Translations under genes and position numbers: made by a program | Part shown: piece by piece, positions 9,201-17,921 of the stretch | How the letters are laid out: every line of letters begins with the position of its first letter | Position numbering within the stretch: position 1 is the first letter of the stretch | Source: Acidobacteriota bacterium | Lineage (GTDB): Bacteria; Acidobacteriota; UBA6911; JACQSX01 | NCBI GenBank assembly: GCA_036507075.1 | Contig: DASXQR010000167.1 | Span: 1 to 64,000 of the forward strand | Direction of reading: 5' to 3' | Length of the DNA: 64,000 nucleotides | The notes under the pieces: generated by a model | Databases searched by the model: none | Told to the model about the DNA's origin: nothing | The model's input: only the letters and a program-made list of their open reading frames with translations

Positions 9201-9562
9201 CTCCGTGTCCTCTGTGTAACAAGTTGGCAAATTTTTGTTTTTTTGACAAAGTTTTTCGAAGCCGTCTACGTTCACGAGCACGTGCACGTCAACGACCACG
9301 TCCCAGGTCCACGAACACGACAACATACAGACAGCCCCTCAGTTCTGCGCGGTTTGTGACGAACCGAGCGACGTCGTAAACGTAATCGTGCACATTGACG
9401 TGCACGTGCTCGTGAACGTGGACGGCTTTTTGGTTGCGACCCACGGCTGCGCTGAGTAACCTGTTGGCGATTTCTTGTTTTTTAGCAAGATTCTTTAACT
9501 AATGACCAATGACTGATGACCGATGACGCGTTTGGTTGCGGCTATACTGCACTGTGGTGAAA
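9201..9562. repeat. nested miniature repeat element (CACGTN hexamer arrays, GCCGCAACCAAA-type ends, heptamer array)
   Basis: Left part is the reverse-complement homolog of 36820-36938; right part (about 9458-9542) is a near reverse complement of 20166-20255. Confidence 0.8.
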
Positions 9563-9589
9563 ACGTCTTGCCGCCAAGCACCAAAAAGC

Positions 9590-10155
9590 TTACCCCGCCC
9601 AGACAGACGCCTTCTTGGCCCAGGAACTTTCTTTGTATTTTGTTTTGAACTGCTGCGCCGTTTCCTTCAGCGCGCCCGCGTCATTAGTCGCTTTGTACTG
9701 GGACACGCCCGCCCAGTAAAGCGCCTCGGGAGCCGCTTCAGAGGCAGGATGTTGTTCTACGAATTTCCGGTAGCGCTGCTCCGCTTCCTGAAACTTGTTC
9801 TCCGAAAATGCCAGCTTTGCCAGCGCCAGTTCCAGTTGTTCTCGGAAATCTTCCGCAGGAAGAAATCCTTCAAAACGGTGGCGCTCCGTCCCTGATGAGT
9901 CCAGAACAAGAAGTGTGGGAGTCCACTGCGTCTTGAATCGCTCGAAAACCTGCGGCTGCTCCTTGATGTGGGCTTTTACCGGAATGAAATTCTCGCTGAT
10001 AAAACCGGCCACGCGGCTGTCAGGATAGACCTCGGCATCCAGCCGAGCGCATGCCCCTCACATGGGCGTCGCGGTAAAATCCAGCAGCACCGGCTTCTGC
10101 GCGCCCGCGCATCCGCCAAAGCCTTATCGACATCTTTGTTCCAAGAGATTTGCAT
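9590..10155 (-). CDS. thioredoxin-like + TPR protein, probable selenoprotein (UxxC); apparent 1-nt frameshift near 10100
   Basis: Reconstructed MQISWNKDVDKALADARA / QKPVLLDFTATPM-U(TGA 10060-10058)-GACARLDAEVYPD..., in frame with ORF 9590..10012 (QWTPTLLVLD, APEALYWAGVS). Confidence 0.78.
10031..10047 (-). promoter_or_regulatory. candidate bacterial SECIS hairpin
   Basis: mRNA CUCGGC-UGGAU-GCCGAG, starting 10 nt after the in-frame UGA, with a G-containing apical loop. Confidence 0.55.
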
Positions 10156-10404
10156 AAGAGCGTTCCTTTCCATCCGCAGCGCGACGCTTCGCGCCCAGGG
10201 GAAACCACGATTTTGCCCGTAATCAATTTAACCATCGACATCAAGGCAGCAACGTCAAATGCGGATCACGGAATGCGGAATTTGGAATAAGTAGAGTGAA
10301 CTGTAACAGATTCCTCACTTAAAAGGGCATTGACGACATTTCAGCCTAAATGTACACTTAAGCTGACACACTTATGATTCCAGTCTCTTCGAAGGCTCAA
10401 TATC

Positions 10405-10659
10405 ATGGCAAGCATTTCCACAGTTAGGGCAAGAGGCGAATTCTCCACAATCGTGAACCGCGCCGCTTTCGGTAAGGAAAGGGTGATTCTGACTCGCCGG
10501 GGGAAGAAGCTGGCGGCAGTTGTACCGATCGAAGACGTAAGACTCTTGGAAGAACTGGAAAACCGCCTGGACCTGGGAGAGGCGGCGCGCATCTTGGCGG
10601 ATCGACATGAAACCCCCATTCCCTATAAGCGAGCTCGGCAGCGTTTGGGCATGAAGTAG
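10405..10659 (+). CDS. Phd/YefM-family antitoxin
   Basis: AR.EFSTIVNRAAFGKERVILTRRGKKLAAVVPIED. Confidence 0.9.
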   Translation: MASISTVRARGEFSTIVNRAAFGKERVILTRRGKKLAAVVPIEDVRLLEELENRLDLGEAARILADRHETPIPYKRARQRLGMK

Positions 10660-10680
10660 CGATCCAAAAAGGACAGAGCG

Positions 10681-10950
10681 GTGGCGACCTACGAGATTCA
10701 AATTACGCCCACCGCTGTCAAGCAGTTGGCGTCCCTGCCGGCGAAAATCCGCGGGCGAATAGACAAGAAGATTCTGGCGCTTGCCAAAGAGCCGCGACCG
10801 CACCAGGCAAAGCCGCTACAAGGTAAGATCAAGGACCTTTTCCGCCTTCGTGTTGGCGACTATCGCATTGTCTATCAAGTGAGAGATGTTCTCCTGATCG
10901 TGCTTGTAATTCGAATCGGTCACCGCAGAGAAGTTTACCGCGGCCTCTAG
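10681..10950 (+). CDS. relE: RelE/ParE-family toxin
   Basis: YEIQIT..A.KQL..LP...PRP...K.LQG...FRLRVGDYRIVY...V..IGHRREVYR. Confidence 0.92.
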   Translation: MATYEIQITPTAVKQLASLPAKIRGRIDKKILALAKEPRPHQAKPLQGKIKDLFRLRVGDYRIVYQVRDVLLIVLVIRIGHRREVYRGL

Positions 10951-11022
10951 CCGAGTTTTTGTTCCCCTTACGGAGATATCTCCAAGTCAAGTTTCCCCGG
11001 CCCCGGATTAAACCACTCTCCT

Positions 11023-11118
11023 ATTCCGGATTCCGCATCCTGTCTTCCGCATTCCGCCTTCCGCATTCCGCCTTCCGCCTTCTGGATTCGGCATTCCGCA
11101 TTCCGAAATCCGCATTTG
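11023..11118. repeat. tandem heptamer array (ATTCCGC-like); shorter inverted array at 10256..10288
   Basis: About a dozen degenerate 7-mer units visible; the outer 11-mers CAAATGCGGAT and ATCCGCATTTG are perfect inverted copies. Confidence 0.8.
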
Positions 11119-11178
11119 GTAACACCGAATTCCTGACGCCCGGGCCGGATCATTGGTAAACTTTCTGACGCCACACAC

Positions 11179-11264
11179 GCCCGGGTGGCGAAACTGGCAG
11201 ACGCACAGGACTTAAAATCCTGGGCCCCGAAAGGGGCGTACCGGTTCGATTCCGGTCCCGGGCA
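11179..11264 (+). tRNA. tRNA-Leu (anticodon TAA), CCA not encoded
   Basis: Acceptor GCCCGGG/CCCGGGC; anticodon arm CAGGA-CTTAAAA-TCCTG; long variable arm GCCCC-GAAA-GGGGC; T arm ACCGG-TTCGATT-CCGGT. Confidence 0.96.
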
Positions 11265-11266
11265 TT

Positions 11267-11635
11267 TCAAGCCAACAACTTAGCGCGCCCGTCTGTTTCG
11301 CCACCCGAGCTTTTTGCGGTGACTTTGTCCGAAACTTTGTCCGCCGCCTCGTTCAGCTTGCGCGCGGCTTCGAGCAAATCACCTTCACTTACAATGTTGT
11401 AGCGTTCAAAAACTGATCGGGTCTTGTGCCCGGTCATCTGCATCGCGACTCGCTCTGGGGTGCCGGCGCGGACCAAGTTGCGTACCGCGGTCCGGTGGAA
11501 GTCATGCGGAATTCGCCCGGCCAGCCCAGCTTTCTTGCAAGCGTTTTTCCATGCGGTCCGGAAAACCTTAATTGCTCTTCCGTTCCGGTGAAACACCCAC
11601 GGACTGACGATTCCGCGCGACTGCTGCAATGCCAC
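11267..11635 (-). pseudogene. tyrosine integrase, C-terminal remnant
   Basis: WKNACKKAGL.GRIPHDFHRTAVRNLVRAG..ERVAMQMTGHKTRSVFERYNIV; N-terminal binding domains and the first catalytic Arg are absent. Confidence 0.88.
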
Positions 11636-11808
11636 GAAAAGGGCTCTCTGCCCCTTTGGCGATGAAAGGGTTTGGAAATACCAATAAGCATTGACTCGCC
11701 GGTCAGCGTTTCAGTAAAAAAGGCGTAAGCCAGAATCCACAGTGAACAGTGGAGAGCCTGGAGGTCCGTCTCCCGTTTTGAAGTTAAGCCAAAGGACGGT
11801 GAAAAGCC

Positions 11809-13371
11809 ATGAGAAGCATACCGGTCTTTGTCCCAATCTTGCTGTTCTTGTTTGCCCGTGATGGGATCGCACAGGATAAGCCAACTATTTTTTATGTCAA
11901 AGTTGGCAGCGATTGCGACGTCTACGAAAGGGCTGGAACAAGTAGCTCTGTGCTCGTGAGGGTTAAGGGCGGGCAATTCTTGCCATATGTAACCAGACAA
12001 GGGAACTCTTACAATATCGAGTTCATATCTGGCAGGAAAGGATTCATCTCCGGCGCATGTATCGAAAGCTTCATGGACGAGGCACATGTCGACGAAATAA
12101 TCAAAACTTCTCGCTTGCCAGCTGCGCGAAAGGTTGAACCAGAAGCCAGAGTCAACCAATTCATAGTGATAGACCGCGCCATAGATATTTACGAAACCCC
12201 TGGACCACCTTTCAAATCGATAGCGAAGGCGGGTCGCGGAGATGCACTTCTGGTTACCGGGTTTGATGGCAATTATTATCGGGTCACCGCTGGGGAAGGA
12301 AAGACGGGCTTCGTGACATCCATTTATGTGTCTGCTCTTACAAACGAAACTTTGCTGGCCAAGCACGATTCGAAAACCGCATCGGCAGAGTCTTCCGCCT
12401 TTACAACAAGCACGCAGCAGCCTGCAGAGAACCGATTTCAAAAAACTAAGACATATGTGGTTATCGATCGCAGTTGTGCGGTATACGCTACGCCGAACCC
12501 GCCCTTCGACATAATGGTCAGGGCGAAAGAGAACGACACGTTTATTGTGAACGCGCAAGAAGGCAGTTTCTATAAAGTCGAGGTTGAGCCAGGAAAGGCT
12601 GGCTGGCTGGCTGCGACATATGTGAAGGAATTTGTTGACGATCAAGGACTGGCCAGGATCAAAGCTGAAGCTGATAGGAAGGCGCAGGAAGAGATCGCGG
12701 CTAAGGCGAAGGAAGAGAAAGAAAAAGAAGCCGAACGCCTCCGACTGGAGACAAGGGGAATTCTTCCCCTCAATCCGCTACTCCAAGAAATGTTCGTCTA
12801 TTCAAAATTCAGATGGAAACTTCTTGCCATGGGCGGGAATGCGAAAGTTGAAGACCCGCGTTGGAGCGCCGCCGAGCGACGGTCCTTTGCGAGGTACAGC
12901 GCTCAATTGCTCGAACTCACGCCGAAACTTCAAATCATCGGCAGCACCCAGGCTATGTTCTTCACGAACGTTCCATTCAGATATACGACCATCGATCAAG
13001 TGGAGGCGATAATTGCCGATTTGGCAATAGGGAGTGAATTCAACACGATTAGATCAACAGCCAAAACGCGCGCGTCGAAGGTTATCAGCACGATGATTCT
13101 GCCAGAAATGGAAGCGCTTACCGAGAGTTTTAAGGCAACGCCGGCGGTCGGTTTTTTCGGGATCCTCGTCACTTACGGGAGCAGAGATTTTTTATCAGAG
13201 TCAGGTTCTGAGCCGGAATCAGTTTGCCTGATTGTTTCCAGAGATGACGCGAGGGGCTTCGTGAAGGGTCAGATTACCGACAATGAGTTGCTGCGACGGT
13301 CCCAAATTTTTGCGAGCGACAGGGACACTGCGGCGAATAATTTCAGGAGAGTGGAACTCAAAATTGAATAG
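11809..13371 (+). CDS. exported protein with three SH3b-like repeats, a charged linker and an unknown C-terminal domain
   Basis: Signal peptide; three repeats of about 60 aa ending Y.(I/V)...G..G(F/W)(I/V/L); E/K/A-rich coiled segment. Confidence 0.72.
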   Translation: MRSIPVFVPILLFLFARDGIAQDKPTIFYVKVGSDCDVYERAGTSSSVLVRVKGGQFLPYVTRQGNSYNIEFISGRKGFISGACIESFMDEAHVDEIIKTSRLPAARKVEPEARVNQFIVIDRAIDIYETPGPPFKSIAKAGRGDALLVTGFDGNYYRVTAGEGKTGFVTSIYVSALTNETLLAKHDSKTASAESSAFTTSTQQPAENRFQKTKTYVVIDRSCAVYATPNPPFDIMVRAKENDTFIVNAQEGSFYKVEVEPGKAGWLAATYVKEFVDDQGLARIKAEADRKAQEEIAAKAKEEKEKEAERLRLETRGILPLNPLLQEMFVYSKFRWKLLAMGGNAKVEDPRWSAAERRSFARYSAQLLELTPKLQIIGSTQAMFFTNVPFRYTTIDQVEAIIADLAIGSEFNTIRSTAKTRASKVISTMILPEMEALTESFKATPAVGFFGILVTYGSRDFLSESGSEPESVCLIVSRDDARGFVKGQITDNELLRRSQIFASDRDTAANNFRRVELKIE

Positions 13372-13478
13372 TCGCGTCACAAAATAAAAGCTCTCCGTCA
13401 ATCCAGTCAAACCGCTGCAATGATGCGAAGAAAGTCGAGAGGGCAGGAATAGAAGGGTGCGAAACGGTGGGCTGAGGA

Positions 13479-13760
13479 TCAGCGCTTCTTCTTTTCGTCG
13501 CGGGCTGGAAAAATCGGAGCCGGTATCCGCTTTAGGCGGGGGGCTGGCGGAGGCGAACCGAAACTGAGTTGCTTCTCGGTGAATTGCTCAAGACTCACAG
13601 GTTGGGGAGCATCCGCAGGATGTGACATTTCGAGCCACCATTTCGCGCGCTCGAGGATTTTGATCCGGTTGGATAGCGTCTGATAGCCGAATTTCTGGTT
13701 TACCCAGGTTAGAAGCTCCTCGACTTCAGAGTCGCGGCCTTCAATCAGGAGGCGGATCAT
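13479..13760 (-). CDS. hypothetical protein or fragment
   Basis: 93-aa ORF only. Confidence 0.35.
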   Translation of the reverse strand: MIRLLIEGRDSEVEELLTWVNQKFGYQTLSNRIKILERAKWWLEMSHPADAPQPVSLEQFTEKQLSFGSPPPAPRLKRIPAPIFPARDEKKKR

Positions 13761-13860
13761 TTTTCAGGCCATGATGGGCTTAGGCGACGAGGCTGTCAAT
13801 ACGTGATGGGATGGCAGTATTGGATCAATAAGAAACCACCTTTTGACTGGATCTGTCAAT

Positions 13861-14190
13861 ATTGCCCGAAGAGCACTTCAGGGAATGATCCGAGATTTCT
13901 GGAATGTCTCGCAACGTACTTTGAATCAATAAATTCAGGCGATCAAGGATAAGGTCGATCCGGAAATGTGGAATGCCATTGACGGCATTCGTAAGGTTGG
14001 AAATATCGGCACCCATATGGAAAAGGATGTGAATGTAATCGTCGATGTGGACCCGGGTGAGGCCGAGAAGCTCTTACGATTAATCGAAGTGTTAGTTGAC
14101 GAGTGGTACGTGAGGCGGGAAAACAAAAAGAAACGTATTGCAGACGTTACTGCACTTGCCGCCGAAAAAGACAAGGAGCGCGGATTATAA
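13861..14190 (+). pseudogene. DUF4145-like (HEPN-related) protein, truncated with a premature stop
   Basis: IARRALQGMIRDFW...LNQ*(13930-13932)IQAIKDKVDPEMWNAIDGIRKVGNIGTHMEKD...EAEKLL.LIE.L..EWY. Confidence 0.75.
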
Positions 14191-14216
14191 ATGCTGAAAG
14201 GCCGCCGGCCTCAACG

Positions 14217-14474
14217 ATGACGACCTTAAAACCCGGCGAATCCTTCTGGGCCGATTACAAAGCCGGCGGAAAGACCTGGCGGTTGATCGTCGAACAAGAG
14301 GTTGAGTCAGTATTGCTGACAGTGGAGGCTCTCGCCAGCGCTGAAGTGCGAATCACGGGAAGGGCGGCGACCGTTGAGGGGGGCCAGCGGAAGTTGATTG
14401 AGGCTGCAGAGGCGATTCTCGGGCCGGCGACGGAAAAGGTGACGTGGGAGTTTACGAGCGCGAGGGCTTTGTGA
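14217..14474 (+). CDS. hypothetical protein
   Basis: 85-aa ORF with a GTGA overlap to the next ORF. Confidence 0.45.
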   Translation: MTTLKPGESFWADYKAGGKTWRLIVEQEVESVLLTVEALASAEVRITGRAATVEGGQRKLIEAAEAILGPATEKVTWEFTSARAL

Positions 14475-14857
14475 GCGGAGAGCGGAAGGAAGGGCACGAG
14501 TTCCACAAGCATTACCGCGGTGCCTTCATTGCGTTATCCGCAACGATTATTTCCCTGTCGTCCGGCTGCATCTATTCGCTGCGAACCTCTCCACCAAGGT
14601 TTTTCTGGATTTCGCTTACCCTCCAGTTGCTTTTTGGACTCGCCGTGATGAGTGGACTTTTCGGTCAGTACCTTCACATGCTCGGGTACCGAGACCAAGC
14701 CAGATCCTATTTCCAGGAGGGCGAGTGGCCTAAAAAAGCTTTAACCGATAGCTCCAATTTGTTTTTTCGTAGGCTTGATAAGCTGATGCCTGGTTTATTC
14801 TGGGGCTTCATTGGTCTTTTGGTTTTGTTTGGCCTGGTACGCGGGCTGGAATTATGA
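14471..14857 (+). CDS. hypothetical membrane protein (about 3 TM)
   Basis: Three hydrophobic stretches; translationally coupled to the upstream ORF. Confidence 0.5.
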   Translation: MSGERKEGHEFHKHYRGAFIALSATIISLSSGCIYSLRTSPPRFFWISLTLQLLFGLAVMSGLFGQYLHMLGYRDQARSYFQEGEWPKKALTDSSNLFFRRLDKLMPGLFWGFIGLLVLFGLVRGLEL

Positions 14858-15061
14858 AGCTATGCTGAAGTCCGGCATCCGCTCCTGCAACGTCTGCCTC
14901 AGCATCATCCCTCCCGGCGCTTGGTTCCATCACGAAGTCTTTCATCCTGAACCTGGTCGAGCCGAGGCCAGGTTCCAACGCGCCACTGGAATGGACTCCG
15001 GGTGAGCCTGTGTTTTGGCAACATGGACTCACCGAAGCATTTCTAGTACTCTCTATCCGCT

Positions 15062-15529
15062 ATGGTCAAACCGAAGCCGATTGTGCAGGTGGCGTGTATC
15101 TGTGAGCGTTTTCTTCAAGAGCCCGATAACGTAATCAGCGTTATCAGGGTCATCGACGTTGTAAACCTTAAGCAGGTTGCGATTCCGGCAACGAGTCCGG
15201 ATGCCAAGCCCTCACAAGCCATGGTTCATGTGATGGACTTTGCGATCGTCGTGGCACTGAAGGCAGGCGACCTTACCGGCGAATTTCGCATTTCGATTGT
15301 TATGGAAGATCCCAAGGGGAAGCGGGTCACTGTGATGAATGATTTACCCGTAGCGCTGAAGGGCGATGACGGCGTGAATGCGGTAGTCCGCTTTGGACTT
15401 CCCTTCAATGCTCCACCTGGACGGTACTGGTTTGACGTGATCTGGGATAGCGAGGTTTTGACCAGAATTCCACTCAGGCTTAAACGGGAAGAAGGGGAAC
15501 AGGGGGCGGCTTTAGCCACGCCGCATTAG
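15062..15529 (+). CDS. DUF6941-like beta-sandwich protein
   Basis: P.VQVA.ICE..L.E.D.V.S.IR.ID...PGRYWFDV.....LTRIPL pattern. Confidence 0.65.
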   Translation: MVKPKPIVQVACICERFLQEPDNVISVIRVIDVVNLKQVAIPATSPDAKPSQAMVHVMDFAIVVALKAGDLTGEFRISIVMEDPKGKRVTVMNDLPVALKGDDGVNAVVRFGLPFNAPPGRYWFDVIWDSEVLTRIPLRLKREEGEQGAALATPH

Positions 15530-15830
15530 AAGTTGAGAATTCCCACGCCCTGTTCAGTGGGATGACTGGCTCGACGGGTTGGGTGACTGACTGTTTGATG
15601 TTGTTCAGAAGTGCGAGAAATTGGCGACGAAGTTCTGCCTCGTCGATCACGTGATCGTCGCGTTCTGAAAGCAACGCATGGATCGAAGACACGAGAGCGA
15701 TGGTTTCTTGGCTGCTGTCCCTGTGCATGCTCCAGCTGGCCGGAGCCAACCAGTCTTCGAACTGCAGAAGCGAAATATCGTTTCTCCAGACCGCCGCTAG
15801 CTTTTCTCGAATGTCGACTTCGCGAATCAT
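15480..15830 (-). CDS. hypothetical helical protein
   Basis: Protein-like ORF (ISL.QFEDW...SW.MH...I...L.E......EL...F); overlaps both neighbours. Confidence 0.5.
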   Translation of the reverse strand: MIREVDIREKLAAVWRNDISLLQFEDWLAPASWSMHRDSSQETIALVSSIHALLSERDDHVIDEAELRRQFLALLNNIKQSVTQPVEPVIPLNRAWEFSTSNAAWLKPPPVPLLPV

Positions 15831-16263
15831 GACTGCTCCCATACTGCCAACAGTAAGGGTAGATCTGTGGGAGCTTCGTTGTCACTACAAAAAGGCTCAC
15901 TATCCGCAACGCATTGCGCAAAATGAGTTTAGGGAAGAGCGAGGCAAGCCGCGTACAGCACACCAGAAATATAATCTTGGTCCGGGTGGAGTCAGCATTA
16001 CCGTTTATTACTACGACAGGATTACAAAAGACCAACTGTTAGAGGTTCATCGGCTTGAACGATCGGACGGCACACTTGGACATCGAAAGCCTGACCCCAA
16101 AATTGTGGTTCATAATGGAGTGATATATCGGCGACACGGTGGATCCGATGATATCCTGCGCGAACCTGAACTTCGATACCGCTGGATATGGCAGAGAAAG
16201 ATTTACGGTTTGTGGCGTAAAGCGCGTTGTTTCTTTTTTGGTCCGATGCACCGTGCTGAATAG
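15829..16263 (+). CDS. hypothetical protein
   Basis: Protein-like motif YYD......VH...R.DG.LG..KPDPK....NG..Y. Confidence 0.5.
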   Translation: MTAPILPTVRVDLWELRCHYKKAHYPQRIAQNEFREERGKPRTAHQKYNLGPGGVSITVYYYDRITKDQLLEVHRLERSDGTLGHRKPDPKIVVHNGVIYRRHGGSDDILREPELRYRWIWQRKIYGLWRKARCFFFGPMHRAE

Positions 16264-16733
16264 CTCTCATTTTTCCATTCAGGCCAACCGCGTTTTAAAT
16301 AGGATCATCCCTCCCGGCGTTCTGAGAGTACTCCGCAGGCGTTGGGTATTTCACGGGAAGGGACGGCGTCAAAAGCGGCCACGCACGCGATGAAGCTTGT
16401 TCTTAAAGAATTTCCCGATCTCAAAGAACGCTTTTGGAATGATCTCCCAAGGGACGTGAGGGAAGACTTAACGGGTTGACTGAGTGCCCCGCCGATTCCC
16501 GATTCTCCATAGCGGACCTCCAGCCCCGAGTGCTCAAGCTCGGCTCGCTGCTACGAGTGTCGTACATCCTTGCCAAATAGCAGTGGCGCTTTTCGGCGAT
16601 ATCCAAACCTTGTCCAAGACTTAGTCTGCGAGTGTGAAATACCGCCTGATTTCCAGCCAACGCCAACCAAAACACAAACAGTAAAGCCCTCGGTAACTCA
16701 CTGAATCCCAAGGGCTTTCTGTTATGCTTTATT

Positions 16734-16792
16734 GGACTTAAAATCCTGGGCCCCGAAAGGGGCGTACCGGTTCGATTCCGGTCCCGGGCATT
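16734..16792 (+). repeat. attR-like duplicate of the tRNA-Leu 3' part
   Basis: GGACTTAAAATCCTGGG...CCCGGGCATT, identical to 11208..11266. Confidence 0.95.
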
Positions 16793-16878
16793 CTAAATCC
16801 ACGACTTAGCGCGTCTGGCAATTTTGCCAACTGAGCGCCGAGTGGCACCTTTGCTTGAAACCTGGCCTGAGACTGGAT

Positions 16879-17175
16879 TTACTGTGCGTCGTACGCTTTC
16901 TGCAGACCTGCAATGTCGATTTTCTTCATTTCGAGCATGGCTCGCATGACGCGCTGCGATTTCTCGGGATCAGGATCATTCAGCATCTCGCCAAGGATGG
17001 TGGGATTGATTTGCCATGACAAACCATACTTGTCTTTCACCCAGCCGCACGGCCCTTCTTCTCCACCTTCGGAGAGCTTTGCCAAAAACCTGTCTACTTG
17101 ATACGTAGAAATTCGCCGCCGCCTCCGCTTGAGTGTCGAACCACAGGAATGGAGTGATTTTCTACATTCAGGCAT
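16879..17175 (-). pseudogene. VOC/PhnB-like (3-demethylubiquinone methyltransferase family) gene with frameshift and internal deletion
   Basis: An alternate frame gives KITPFLWFDTQAEAAANFYVS, which jumps straight to QVDRF..KLSEGGEEGPCGWVKDKYGLSWQI...MLEMKKIDI; the middle is missing. Confidence 0.85.
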
Positions 17176-17229
17176 TCCTCCTTGTCATGACACGCGGTAG
17201 ATTTCCCTTGACACGCATTCTGAATTCAT

Positions 17230-17266
17230 TTAGTTAGTTGATCGTTCAAGTGACAACTAAACTAAC
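17230..17266. promoter_or_regulatory. candidate TetR operator (imperfect inverted repeat)
   Basis: TTAGTTAGTTG...CAACTAAACTAA, with TTGATCGTTCAA overlapping the left arm, directly before the tetR start. Confidence 0.45.
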
Positions 17267-17267
17267 T

Positions 17268-17921
17268 ATGGCTCAGAGGCCCTCCACGCGCGACCGCATT
17301 CTCCAGTCGGCGATGGATCTTTTCTGGGAGAAAGGCTTCGCGAATACCGGCATGGCGGAACTGTTGCGCAGGGCGAGGGTCAACAGCGGCAGCTTTTACT
17401 ACTTCTTCAAGAGCAAGGAGGATCTATTGCTGGCGGTGCTGGATCGATATGCGGAGATTTTGCATCCCGTGTTGCTCGCACCCGTTTGGAAGAAAACCGC
17501 AGAGCCGGTGGAGCGTATCTTTGGTCTTCTGGCACGTTATCGCGAGCTGATTGTAAGGAGCAACTGCACTTACGGCTGCCCCATCGGAAGACTGGCCCTG
17601 GAGATCGACCCCGCCCAGCGGGAAGTCCACAGAAGGATTGCAATGAATTTTGAAGGATGGGCCGATGCCGTGCAAAAGTGCCTCGAAGAGACCGCCGGAA
17701 GGCTGCCGCCAGATATCAACCGGAAAAAGCTATCCCGGTTTGTGCTGACGGTCATGGAAGGAGGAGTGATGCTGTCGCGTTCTCAGCGGAGCGTCAAGCC
17801 ATTCGATATGGCTGTCGAACAATTGCGTGACTACTTCAACCGCCTGCGGTCCTCAAGACGAGCTGTCACACGGCGGAGAAGGACTTCAAACAGGAAACGT
17901 GTAAATCGGAGGCATTCATGA
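17268..17921 (+). CDS. TetR/AcrR-family transcriptional regulator
   Basis: RDRILQSAMDLFWEKGF..T...ELL..A.V.SGSFYYFFKSKEDL; GCPIG.LALE. Confidence 0.93.
   Translation: MAQRPSTRDRILQSAMDLFWEKGFANTGMAELLRRARVNSGSFYYFFKSKEDLLLAVLDRYAEILHPVLLAPVWKKTAEPVERIFGLLARYRELIVRSNCTYGCPIGRLALEIDPAQREVHRRIAMNFEGWADAVQKCLEETAGRLPPDINRKKLSRFVLTVMEGGVMLSRSQRSVKPFDMAVEQLRDYFNRLRSSRRAVTRRRRTSNRKRVNRRHS

Larger units (their letters stand above)
11208..16792. mobile_element. decayed genomic island integrated in tRNA-Leu
   Basis: Identical 59-bp direct repeat of the tRNA 3' part (11208..11266 and 16734..16792), adjacent integrase remnant, and visibly lower-GC hypothetical cargo. Confidence 0.92.

Noticed and set aside
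9260..9425. CACGTN arrays as a CRISPR array
   Set aside because: Degenerate hexamer tandem with no constant repeat and unique spacer structure; no cas genes in the window
10968..11270. 100-aa minus ORF with repeated AE(C/G) motifs
   Set aside because: Translation of the heptamer array and the antisense tRNA-Leu
11434..12645. 403-aa minus-strand ORF as the missing integrase N-terminus
   Set aside because: Different frame from the integrase remnant, no integrase motifs, and antisense to the SH3-like gene
16734..16792. Second functional tRNA-Leu
   Set aside because: Lacks the 5' acceptor strand and D arm; it is the att duplicate
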